A program made the translations under genes and the position numbers. Shown here piece after piece: positions 9,091-17,662 of a DNA stretch of 32,826 nucleotides. The DNA is from Archangium sp. (GTDB lineage Bacteria; Myxococcota; Myxococcia; Myxococcales; Myxococcaceae): NCBI GenBank assembly GCA_031367385.1, contig JANLPS010000505.1:1-32826 (forward strand), read 5' to 3'. Below the pieces are notes generated by a model. The model saw only the letters and a program-made list of their open reading frames with translations, ran no database searches and was not told the DNA's origin. Each line of letters starts with the position of its first letter. The stretch's first letter is position 1.

Positions 9091-10037
9091 AGAAACTTCG
9101 GGCGATTCAAGTACCCAGTGAGGGTGCCCTTGCGCCAGGTCGGGTCTTTTGGGTCAGAGCCCACCACCGACAGCGCACTGCCAATCAAGCCCAGGCGCTT
9201 CTGAAACTCAGGGTCGGGCTTGAAGCGAATCTCCATGTTGGGCTCTGAGTACTCAGCCCCGCGAAGCTGACCAGCCAAGATTTTACCGGCCAGTTTCAGC
9301 GTGCCGCTCACCTGCATCTCGATGTCTGGAGAATGCCCGGCAAAGTCGCTGAACGTGCCCAACCCCTTCTCGAACTTCACGTTGCCGCTAATGTCGCCCA
9401 GCACGATCTTCGGCAAATCGAGCGGGGTCGGCTCAGGCCCAAACTGCGGTATCGGCACCGTCAACGTGCCGCCGTTGATGGTGAGCCCTTTGGTGTCGAG
9501 CGACATCGTGCCGTTGGCTTGCGTCAAGTCAGGCTCCGAAGGCCCGGTGCCCACCGCCGCCGACACGGGAATGGTCAGGTCAACATGCGCCGCGAGGGTG
9601 CCGGAAAAGTCGACCCCTGAGAACCCCTTGAGGTTGCCCTTCGCCAGGTCGAGCTCATCGGCGTCGATGCGAACGTGGTTGCCTGACAGCCCGGCCACCT
9701 TCACCGCGACCTTGCCGCCGAACATCTTCGCCGTGACCCCAACGCCGGGGGGAAACAGGGTCGGGCCGATGGAGAGCTTGTCGATCTTCAACGACTCATT
9801 CGGCACGTCGGTGGTGCTCTTCTTCGACAGCTCGACGTTCGAAGCATTGAGCACGAAGAACCCGGGGCCCAGCGAGCCCATGCGAATCACCAAGCCTTGC
9901 CCATCGGCCTCGGTGCGAATGCGATCTCGCAACGCATCGTACGGAAAGGTGAGGAAAAACGTGATCAGCAGCGCGACGAACGAGAAGGCGGCGTAGCCGA
10001 GAATTCGCTTCCACAACGCGGTTTGTTTTTCGGCCAT
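9087..10037 (-). CDS. gspN: Type II secretion system protein N
   Basis: N-terminal TM followed by LTFPYD and a beta-rich periplasmic body; last gene of the gsp operon, after gspM. Confidence 0.82.
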   Translation of the reverse strand: MAEKQTALWKRILGYAAFSFVALLITFFLTFPYDALRDRIRTEADGQGLVIRMGSLGPGFFVLNASNVELSKKSTTDVPNESLKIDKLSIGPTLFPPGVGVTAKMFGGKVAVKVAGLSGNHVRIDADELDLAKGNLKGFSGVDFSGTLAAHVDLTIPVSAAVGTGPSEPDLTQANGTMSLDTKGLTINGGTLTVPIPQFGPEPTPLDLPKIVLGDISGNVKFEKGLGTFSDFAGHSPDIEMQVSGTLKLAGKILAGQLRGAEYSEPNMEIRFKPDPEFQKRLGLIGSALSVVGSDPKDPTWRKGTLTGYLNRPKFL

Positions 10038-10042
10038 GGCTC

Positions 10043-10600
10043 TTAGTTCTTGAGGCGATACGTGGCGATGGTCAGCCAGGCGGTAATGGTTTCGTTTTGC
10101 GGCCGGGGCTCGAGGCGTAGGTATTTGACCTTCACCACGCCGGGGCCATTTTCAATCGCGGTGAGAAATTCGACCAGGCGGTTGAGCTTCACGTCGGTGA
10201 GCGTCAGCTCGACCGAGTTCTCGACGATCTTGGTGCCGTCGATCATGACCTCGGCCTTCGGCGTAATCGAGGGCAGGTCGAGGCCTTTTTGTTTCGCGTT
10301 GTCTTCGACGTAGCTGAGCAGCTTGATGTTCGATTGGCTCAACTGCCGCTCGGCGGCTTCTTGCGCAGCCTTCGCCTGCCGGTAGTTCGCGGTGAGCGCG
10401 AGCACTTCGTCGAGCTTCGCGAGCTTCTGCGTGGTGCGATTTCGAATCGCGTTCGCGGTGTTGCCGAAGGTGAACGTCACGAAGAACACCAAGAATGCGA
10501 TCACCAGCGCTCCGCCACCGATGACCAGCCGGCGCTCACGTACCGAGAGCGTGGCCAGGGTGCTCTGAATCGTCGTCTGCAAATTGCCGAAGGCCGCCAT
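10043..10600 (-). CDS. gspM: Type II secretion system protein M (185 aa)
   Basis: Start at ATG 10600, 2 nt after the gspL stop. LSVRERRLV motif, TM, coiled coil, then a C-terminal domain with LVEFLTAIE. Confidence 0.85.
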   Translation of the reverse strand: MAAFGNLQTTIQSTLATLSVRERRLVIGGGALVIAFLVFFVTFTFGNTANAIRNRTTQKLAKLDEVLALTANYRQAKAAQEAAERQLSQSNIKLLSYVEDNAKQKGLDLPSITPKAEVMIDGTKIVENSVELTLTDVKLNRLVEFLTAIENGPGVVKVKYLRLEPRPQNETITAWLTIATYRLKN

Positions 10601-10602
10601 GG

Positions 10603-12192
10603 TTAACCCTGCGTCGGCGAGGTGTCTTCGGGGCACTCGACGCTGATGTCGAGGCCCACGGTCACCTTGCTGCCGTCCTTGTTTTTGTCGAGCTTGCCTT
10701 CTTTGACGTCTTTGAAGCACTTGTCGGCTTGCAGCGCCGAGATGATGTCTTCGATGTGCTTCGAGCTGTCGGTCTCACACATCAGGGTGATTCGATCCAA
10801 GTCGATCACGATTCGGCTCAGGGTCAACGGCACGTCGGCGGGCAGCCGTGTCGTCAGCGTCGCGAGCAAGGTCGCTGCCGTGCGCTTGGGTACTCCCGCG
10901 GCCGGGCTCTCTTGCCCGCGCAACATGTTCAGCGCGATGTCGAAGTTCTTCTCGCACTTGCCCAACACCTTCTGCGTCGTCTCGCAGAGCTGAGCGTCGA
11001 CCTGCTTCTCACGCTGCTCGAGCACCGTGTTTCGAACCACCCCGCTGGCGATCAACAGCACGAACAAGATCGCGGCGAAGGCACCCATTTGAGCGATCTT
11101 CTCTCTCGCAAAGTCGAAGTCGCTCTTGAACGCGAACTCGCCTTTTCGAAGATTGAACCGCGGAGCCTTCGCCCCACTGAGCGCCCCTCGCACCGCCAAG
11201 GCATACGCCAGCGCGATGTCGGTGCTGCGCTTGTCACCCAACGCGTCACGCGCCTCGTCGGGCAGCTCGAGCATGCGAGTCGAGATGCCCAGGTCGCGTT
11301 CGAGCTGCTCTCCAAGGCCACGAAGGCGCGCCGTACCGCCGCAGAGAATCAGGCGGCCCACCTGGCGACGGGTTCGTGCGGTGTATGACTTGATGGTCGT
11401 CTTCAGCTCGCGCAGCACCGGTTGAAACGCGCGCAAGAAGGCACCCGCCGCCCGCTCCGCATCGGGCCCGACCGCTTCACTCGCGACCGCTCCGTGCTCT
11501 TCCTTCCACGACTGGGCTTCGGCGAGGGGTATCTGAAACTCATGCGCCAATGCCTTGGTCAGCGCCGCGCCGCCGCCCGAGATCGTACGAGCCGCTTCGA
11601 CCAGGCCGCCCATCCGCCCAATCGTCAGTGTGACCCGCTCGTGGCCCAAATCGAGAATCGCGACCGAGTCTTCGGCGCTCTCTGATGCCATCGAAGCGGG
11701 CAGGGTGCCAAAGAGCGTCTGATACACCAACGCCGGGTGGGTCACGATGCGCGGGTCGAACTTCGATTCTTTGAGCGCAGTCAACAGCAGGCTCAAGTCG
11801 TCTTTCTTCACCACGCCAACCAACAGATTCGCGCCACGCTCGTCGCTGCTCGCCAGCTGATAGTCGAAGACCGCTTCAGACAAGTCGAACGGCAGTTGGC
11901 TCTCGACCTCGAACCCGATCGTCGCGTCGATCTTCTTCGGGTCAGAGAACGGCATCGTCAGCGAGTGGGTGGCCGAAGCGAGGCCGGGCAGGGCGACGAC
12001 GATCTGATCAGCTCCAGCGGCGGCGGTGGCGTGCAGCTGCGTCAGCGCGCTCTTGAGCCGGTCGGCCCGCTCGCCCTCGGTGGGCATCAGCACCTCATGG
12101 TGCCCCTTCACGGTGAACCCGCGCATCGTGCTCTCGAGCACGACCGCCTTCACCGCGTAACTGCCGATATCGAGGCCCAGAATTCGCGCCAT
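10603..12192 (-). CDS. gspL: Type II secretion system protein L (PilM-like cytoplasmic domain + TM + PilN-like periplasmic domain)
   Basis: ILGLDIGSYAVK, ILDLGHE and LCGGTARLRGL actin-like motifs; FNLRKGEF; TM near aa 370-390; lies between gspK and gspM. Confidence 0.87.
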   Translation of the reverse strand: MARILGLDIGSYAVKAVVLESTMRGFTVKGHHEVLMPTEGERADRLKSALTQLHATAAAGADQIVVALPGLASATHSLTMPFSDPKKIDATIGFEVESQLPFDLSEAVFDYQLASSDERGANLLVGVVKKDDLSLLLTALKESKFDPRIVTHPALVYQTLFGTLPASMASESAEDSVAILDLGHERVTLTIGRMGGLVEAARTISGGGAALTKALAHEFQIPLAEAQSWKEEHGAVASEAVGPDAERAAGAFLRAFQPVLRELKTTIKSYTARTRRQVGRLILCGGTARLRGLGEQLERDLGISTRMLELPDEARDALGDKRSTDIALAYALAVRGALSGAKAPRFNLRKGEFAFKSDFDFAREKIAQMGAFAAILFVLLIASGVVRNTVLEQREKQVDAQLCETTQKVLGKCEKNFDIALNMLRGQESPAAGVPKRTAATLLATLTTRLPADVPLTLSRIVIDLDRITLMCETDSSKHIEDIISALQADKCFKDVKEGKLDKNKDGSKVTVGLDISVECPEDTSPTQG

Positions 12193-12194
12193 GG

Positions 12195-13580
12195 CTATTC
12201 CTCTCTCCAGTACACCAGTCGGCCGAGCCCATCATCGAGCCGAATCACCGTGGTAATCGTTCGGGTCACGTCGCCTGCTTGCCCGGTCACCGACACCCGG
12301 TACGTCGTGCTCTTGTCGCCGATGAAGCGCTGATTCTGCACGTTATTGGTGATCATCGGGTTCACCGAGACTCCAGCGGCGGCGACGATGTTGGCGAAGT
12401 CGGTGGCGCTCATGCCGAACAGCGCGAACACCCGGGCGGCGCGAATTTTTTGAATCAACGTGTCGATGAACAACGGGTCGCTCAGGCGGGGGTCGATGCG
12501 CGCCGGGTCTGCGATGCTGCGAATCGCGAGCTCGAGCAACATCGGGTCGTCGGTGTTGATGTTCGGGCGCGAGTTGATGTCGGGGTACACCGTCAGCTTG
12601 TCTTTGAACGCCGCCATGAACTTGTCGTTCACGCCGTGCACCATGTAGAGCTCGTCGAGGCTGTCGAAGTGTGCGTTCTTGGTGCGGTAGCGAACGTCGT
12701 ACCTCGAGTAGTCGCTGTTTTCATCGCTGTAGCCGGCCATGAACGGCTCGCCCTGGCCCTTGAAGTTCAGCTGCGTACCCATCTCGTCTTCGTCGACCCA
12801 GTCGCGCATGCCCACGATGATGTCGGTCGGCGTGACCTTGATGCGGTTCGAGTCTTCTTTGTCGAAGAGAAACTCGTATTTCTTGTCTGACAGCGTCGTC
12901 ATCATCTGCGCCAACAACACTTGCGAGGTCAGCGCCGGTGCGTCGAGCTTGTTCAAGTTGATGCGCTCTTCTTCGTCGGTGATCACGCTGTCGAAGCACC
13001 CGGTGAAGGTACCGAAGCGGCGAGTGGTCTGCGCCTTCGCGAGGTCGGGGTTCTCTTCATCGAACTTGAATTTCTTGTCGGCTTTGGTGGCCGCGATGCC
13101 TGACTTCTTCGGGTCTTCTTCAGGCACCATCGCCGCGAGCATGTGGCAGTCGACCTTCGCCATGCGCCACAGCTGTATGCTCATCGACGAGGGAGCAGCA
13201 CCGCCCGCACCACCCAGCATGCCCGCCAAGCCACCGGCGCCACCCGCTCCGCCACCGAGCAAGCCGGCCAGCGCGCCCGCACCGCCGGCGCCACCACCGA
13301 GCAGACCCGCAAGGCCACCAGCGCCGCCCAACCCTTGCAACAACCCGCCAAGATTGGGGATCTTGATTGCATCGACCTGTTTCTGAAACCGCAGCATCAG
13401 CCGCGACAGATTCACGCCGCTCTTCGCCAGGTAGTGCGCCCGAAGCTCGTCACGCTGATTGGTCGCCAACCGCAGCTCGATGACCGAGTTGTACCGAACC
13501 TCGTTCGCCACCAGCGCCAACACCGCGATGCCGACGAGCACCAGCAACATCGCAATGCCCCTTTGTTTTCTCGGTTTCAT
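12195..13580 (-). CDS. gspK: Type II secretion minor pseudopilin K
   Basis: Class III signal RG|IAMLLVL lacking E5, AHYLAKSG, DEEERINLN, DWVDED, FDSLDELYMVHGV and NINT motifs. Confidence 0.92.
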   Translation of the reverse strand: MKPRKQRGIAMLLVLVGIAVLALVANEVRYNSVIELRLATNQRDELRAHYLAKSGVNLSRLMLRFQKQVDAIKIPNLGGLLQGLGGAGGLAGLLGGGAGGAGALAGLLGGGAGGAGGLAGMLGGAGGAAPSSMSIQLWRMAKVDCHMLAAMVPEEDPKKSGIAATKADKKFKFDEENPDLAKAQTTRRFGTFTGCFDSVITDEEERINLNKLDAPALTSQVLLAQMMTTLSDKKYEFLFDKEDSNRIKVTPTDIIVGMRDWVDEDEMGTQLNFKGQGEPFMAGYSDENSDYSRYDVRYRTKNAHFDSLDELYMVHGVNDKFMAAFKDKLTVYPDINSRPNINTDDPMLLELAIRSIADPARIDPRLSDPLFIDTLIQKIRAARVFALFGMSATDFANIVAAAGVSVNPMITNNVQNQRFIGDKSTTYRVSVTGQAGDVTRTITTVIRLDDGLGRLVYWREE

Positions 13581-14245
13581 TGAAACCTCGAGAACTCGGT
13601 GTTGAGCATGATGCGAGTTTGCGTGGTGTAGCGAATCTCTTTGTTGTTCTCGTCGAGCGCTGAGAGGGTGATCTTCACCCGCGTCGGCAAGATGCTCTTG
13701 CGATCACTGCGGCGCGTGTCCCACTCGTTCTCCCACTGCTTGCGCTCCGTGTTCCAATATTGAAATTCGACTTTTCGAGCGCCTTCGAAGAGTGAATCCT
13801 CGGCGCCGCCGCGCTCCATGCGCTCTTCGAGAATCACGTTCTGCCGGCGAACCAGGTCTTGGCGGCCCTTTGCCTTCGAATCGGGCGCGGTCTTCACCGA
13901 GTACTCGACGACCATTTGATCAGACTCTTTGGCGTCGGCGTACAGCCGTTGATGCGACATCGTGCTGAAGGTCAGCTTGTCTTTCGAGCCGATGAAGTTG
14001 GTCGGTCGGTCGAACGCGTCGCGGTAACGCTTCGGGTCGTAGCGATCGCTCACGTACGCGGCGCCGATCTCTCGCACCATGCGGCCCATCGCGGTTCGCA
14101 ACATGCGGTACCGCTCGCTCTGGCTCTCGATGATCTCTTTGTTGGCGATGGTCGTCTGAAACGTGACACCGATCACCACGCCGATGAACGCCGTCATCGA
14201 GATCGCGATCACGACCTCAACCAAGGTGAAACCCCGGCGCTTCAT
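13577..14245 (-). CDS. gspJ: Type II secretion minor pseudopilin J
   Basis: Prepilin motif RRG|FTLVE; C-terminal W..EWD....LPTRVKITL; position in operon with ATGA overlap. Confidence 0.88.
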   Translation of the reverse strand: MKRRGFTLVEVVIAISMTAFIGVVIGVTFQTTIANKEIIESQSERYRMLRTAMGRMVREIGAAYVSDRYDPKRYRDAFDRPTNFIGSKDKLTFSTMSHQRLYADAKESDQMVVEYSVKTAPDSKAKGRQDLVRRQNVILEERMERGGAEDSLFEGARKVEFQYWNTERKQWENEWDTRRSDRKSILPTRVKITLSALDENNKEIRYTTQTRIMLNTEFSRFQ

Positions 14246-15033
14246 TGCAGCGCTCCCGGCCGCGGAGGCAGATTGCCAACGCCCCCAGGCAACAACCCAG
14301 GAGGCGGCAATTGGCCCGGTTGCCCACCCGTCGCGGCAGCGCTCGCAGCGGCAGCAGCGGCGATCGCCGGGTCACCCCCATTGCGATCAGACCCAGGGCC
14401 CAGCGTCACGATGTGCGTCACCAGGTCGATGCTCTCGGTGAGCTTGCCCTCTTTCCAACTGATGGTCAGGTGCACTTCACGCACCGACTTCTGCAGCTGG
14501 TCAACCATCTGCGTGAACTGCGCCTGCATCATGCCCGCCATCGGCCCCATCGCCCCGGCCAGCGCTGCGCCGGCCCCCGCGCCCGATTCAGGCGCCGCCC
14601 CCGGAGTCTTCGGAGCACCGCCGCCGAGCCCGAACATGCTGCCCAGCAACCCACCACCAGGTGCGCCGTCTTTGCCACCCAACCCCAGCGGCAAGTTGAA
14701 CAGCGCGCCGAACAGCTGCTCGGGGCTCAGCCCATTCGTCTTGGGCACGATGATCTTCGAGCGCCACTTGAACGAGGCGAAGCCTTCTTCGCTGAAGTCA
14801 CCCGCGTCTTCTTCGTCATCGGGTGAGAGCGGTTTGTCGTACAGCTCTTGCTCGAGGTCGGTCATCTTCGAGCGGGCCAGCAGCGTCGCGACGGTCAGCT
14901 TCTTCGCGTACACGTGAGACATCACCGCCTGCGAATTGATGTCGAGAATGGCGACCAGCGAGATGCCCAAGATGCCCAGGGCCACCACGACCTCGAGCAA
15001 CGTGAACCCTCTGGCCTGTCGTCGCGCGCTCAT
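14242..15033 (-). CDS. gspI: Type II secretion minor pseudopilin I
   Basis: RG|FTLLEVVVALGILG, ATLLARSKM and VREVHLTISW; lies between gspH and gspJ. Confidence 0.85.
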   Translation of the reverse strand: MSARRQARGFTLLEVVVALGILGISLVAILDINSQAVMSHVYAKKLTVATLLARSKMTDLEQELYDKPLSPDDEEDAGDFSEEGFASFKWRSKIIVPKTNGLSPEQLFGALFNLPLGLGGKDGAPGGGLLGSMFGLGGGAPKTPGAAPESGAGAGAALAGAMGPMAGMMQAQFTQMVDQLQKSVREVHLTISWKEGKLTESIDLVTHIVTLGPGSDRNGGDPAIAAAAAASAAATGGQPGQLPPPGLLPGGVGNLPPRPGALQ

Positions 15034-15716
15034 ATGCGAGGCATCTCCAGGCTCTCATTGAAGATCACCGTCTTGCCCGTGAGCGGAGACACCGTCAGCG
15101 TCCACGTATTGCTGCCCTGCCGAATCCAGATTTGCGCCCGCTCCGTGAACCCCTGGGGGAAGAAATAGAGATACGCCGGCCCCGTCTTCACCCTGTCTTT
15201 TTGTTTCGCCGTCCACACCTCGACGCGAACGCTCGAGGCCAAGTGCTTCTCGACCACGTTGTCGCTTTGAAACGACGAGAACTTCGTGGCCTCTTCGACG
15301 CGGTTCTTCTCGCGGTCTTGAAGCTCCTGCACCGACGGAGCACCGTCTGAATCGAGGCGCTTGAACCGCTTGTCGTCGGCCAGCTTGTCTTTGCCCTTCT
15401 TGTCGCCAGCGGCCTTGAGCTCGTCATCGCGCTTGGCCGCAGCAGTGACGCCCGACTTCGCGCACTCGGCACGCCACACCACCGCGCCAGCCTCGTCACG
15501 CTCACCGGGTAAATCGAACACCAACCGGCAGGTTTTGCCCGAGAGCGCCGCGGTGTCGTACAGATTGCGAATGACGCCAGCGAGCTCGGTGCTCGACTCT
15601 TTGGCCCGCGCGCCGGTCAACCCGCCGACGCCGTAGACCACCGCCGCGAACATCACGACGACGATGGTCAACGCCACCATCATCTCGATCAACGTGAAGC
15701 CGCGCCGGGGCCGCAT
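15030..15716 (-). CDS. gspH: Type II secretion minor pseudopilin H
   Basis: RRG|FTLIE, YFFPQG and TVSPLTG GspH/FimT-like motifs. Confidence 0.85.
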   Translation of the reverse strand: MRPRRGFTLIEMMVALTIVVVMFAAVVYGVGGLTGARAKESSTELAGVIRNLYDTAALSGKTCRLVFDLPGERDEAGAVVWRAECAKSGVTAAAKRDDELKAAGDKKGKDKLADDKRFKRLDSDGAPSVQELQDREKNRVEEATKFSSFQSDNVVEKHLASSVRVEVWTAKQKDRVKTGPAYLYFFPQGFTERAQIWIRQGSNTWTLTVSPLTGKTVIFNESLEMPRI

Positions 15717-15719
15717 GAC

Positions 15720-15845
15720 TTACAGCACCCGCCCGATGAGAAACTGCAGCGCCAACCACACCACCGCTCCGCCTCCCAGCCACAGCCCGATGCTCACCGG
15801 CTTCAACCCGGTGGGCTCGGCATTCTGGCGGTCGCCGGGTTTCAT
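15720..15845 (-). CDS. Unannotated 41-aa single-TM micro-protein between gspG and gspH
   Basis: MKPGDRQNAEPTGLKPVSIGLWLGGGAVVWLALQFLIGRVL*. Its ATG overlaps the gspG stop (ATGA, 15845-15842), and its TAA (15722-15720) ends 3 nt before the gspH ATG. It fills the gap and has a hydrophobic C-terminus. Confidence 0.72.
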   Translation of the reverse strand: MKPGDRQNAEPTGLKPVSIGLWLGGGAVVWLALQFLIGRVL

Positions 15846-16261
15846 TTCTTGGAGTTGGAGTCTTTGCTCGAGATGTCTTCGTCGAGCTCAGTGCCGCCCG
15901 GCGAGCCATCGCGGCCGTACGAGATGACGACCGGCTTGCCGCCCTCGTTCATGTACACGTAGTCGTGGCCCCACGGGTCGACCGGTGAACGGTCGAGAAT
16001 CTGCGACTCGACCAACGAGCGGAGCCCAGTACCCGTGTCTGGGTAATTGCCCTTCTTCGCGTAATACGTCTTCAACGCGGTCTGCAGATTCCCGATGTCC
16101 ATTCGGGCCGTGTCTTGCTTGGCCTTATCGAGCTGGGGAATGACGGCGACGCCCACGGCGGCCATCAACAATGAGAGAATCGTGATCACCACGATAATTT
16201 CAATCAGCGTCATGCCGCGTGCTCGCTGGCGACGCTTGAGTGCTTTGATCATCATCGACAT
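15842..16261 (-). CDS. gspG: Type II secretion major pseudopilin G (139 aa)
   Basis: Start at ATG 16261 with AAAGGG upstream. RG|MTLIE, GNYPDT..GL..L, DPWGHDYVY and SYGRDG.PGG...DEDI GspG motifs. Confidence 0.95.
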   Translation of the reverse strand: MSMMIKALKRRQRARGMTLIEIIVVITILSLLMAAVGVAVIPQLDKAKQDTARMDIGNLQTALKTYYAKKGNYPDTGTGLRSLVESQILDRSPVDPWGHDYVYMNEGGKPVVISYGRDGSPGGTELDEDISSKDSNSKK

Positions 16262-16274
16262 ACGGTTCACCCTT

Positions 16275-16388
16275 TCAAACGTAGAGCAACAACCCAAGAC
16301 CAACGAGCCCCGCCGCCAGCGCAACCAATGCAGCGGTCATCGCCCGCTGAAACCATCGCTCTTTCGGAGGCAGCTCGATCATCTGCAT
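16275..16388 (-). CDS. Unannotated 37-aa single-TM micro-protein between gspF and gspG
   Basis: MQMIELPPKERWFQRAMTAALVALAAGLVGLGLLLYV*. A strong RBS (GAGGTG, overlapping the gspF stop) lies 5 nt before ATG 16388, and the TGA at 16277-16275 abuts the gspG RBS. The C-terminal ~22 aa are an uninterrupted hydrophobic helix. Confidence 0.75.
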   Translation of the reverse strand: MQMIELPPKERWFQRAMTAALVALAAGLVGLGLLLYV

Positions 16389-16397
16389 TTCAACACC

Positions 16398-17657
16398 TCA
16401 GTGCACCATCGAATTCATCTGGAGAATCGGCATGATGATCGAGAAAGCCACGAACCCGATCACCGCTCCCATCAAGACGATCATCATCGGCTCGAGCAGC
16501 GACGTCAGCGCCGTCACTCGCACGTTCACCTGCGATTCGTAGCTCTCGGCCACGTTGATCAGCATGTCTTCGAGCTGGCCCGAGCGCTCTCCGATCGAGA
16601 TCATGTGGTACACGAGCGGAGGAAATTGCCCCGAGCGTTTCAACGGGTTCGAGATGCTCTCGCCTTCGCGAATCGAATCACGGGCTTTGTCGATCACGTC
16701 TGACATCACCGTGTTCGTGATCACGTTCTTCACGATGTCCATCGCGTTGAGCAGGGGCACACCCGACTTGAGCAACGTCGCCAACGTTCGCGCGAACCGG
16801 GCGACCGAGAGCATGCGCACCAAGGGCCCAAACACCGGCAGCTTCAAGACCAATCGGTCCCACACCGGTTTACCGGCGACGCTGCCTTTCCAATACACGA
16901 AGGCGACGATGGCCCCGATGATCGAGGGTATGAAGAGAAACCAGTAATTCTGCAGCGCGTTCGAGCTGAAGATCAGCAGCTGCGTCGTCCACGGCAGGTT
17001 GACCTTCATGTCGTCGAAGATCTTCGTGACCTTCGGCACCACCACCGTCATCAACATGATGAGCACGCCGCCGCCGATCACCATCATGATCGCCGGGTAG
17101 ATCATCGTGCCGATGATCTTCTGCCTCAGCCGAGCCTGGCCTTCGGTGAACTCCGCGAGCCGCACCAGCACCGAGTCGAGCGCGCCCGACTGCTCACCGG
17201 CGCGAATCATGTTCACGTACAGATTGCCGAAGACCTTCGAGTGGGCCTGCAGCGAATCGCCGAGTGACTTGCCTTCGTTCACCCGCTGCTTCACGTCTGA
17301 GACGATGCGCTTGAGCTGCTCCTTCTCGACCTGATCGACCATCGCCGCGAGCGCCTCGACCAGGGCCACTCCGGCGCCGAGCAACGTCGCCAACTGGCGA
17401 GTCAAAATCGCGATGTCATCGGTGGTGATTCGCCCGCCACCCAACTTGCGAAAGCTGACCTCGCTGTTCGCCAACTGCCCGACTTGGCCCGCCACGCCCT
17501 TCGCCTTGAGCCCGCCCTCGGCCTGACCCACCACGTCGGTCAAGAAGATGCCGTCTTTGCGCAGAAGGGCCCGCAGGGTCTTCGGAGAATCGGCTTCCTT
17601 CATGCCGGTCTCCGGTTTGCCTGCGGCGTTCAGCCCTTTGAACTCGAAGACGGCCAT
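16398..17657 (-). CDS. gspF: Type II secretion inner-membrane platform protein F
   Basis: TRQLATLLGAG, YVNMIRAGEQSG, RFARTLATLLKSGVP, GERSGQLEDML and LLEP motifs; three TMs. Confidence 0.96.
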   Translation of the reverse strand: MAVFEFKGLNAAGKPETGMKEADSPKTLRALLRKDGIFLTDVVGQAEGGLKAKGVAGQVGQLANSEVSFRKLGGGRITTDDIAILTRQLATLLGAGVALVEALAAMVDQVEKEQLKRIVSDVKQRVNEGKSLGDSLQAHSKVFGNLYVNMIRAGEQSGALDSVLVRLAEFTEGQARLRQKIIGTMIYPAIMMVIGGGVLIMLMTVVVPKVTKIFDDMKVNLPWTTQLLIFSSNALQNYWFLFIPSIIGAIVAFVYWKGSVAGKPVWDRLVLKLPVFGPLVRMLSVARFARTLATLLKSGVPLLNAMDIVKNVITNTVMSDVIDKARDSIREGESISNPLKRSGQFPPLVYHMISIGERSGQLEDMLINVAESYESQVNVRVTALTSLLEPMMIVLMGAVIGFVAFSIIMPILQMNSMVH

Positions 17658-17662
17658 GGCGC

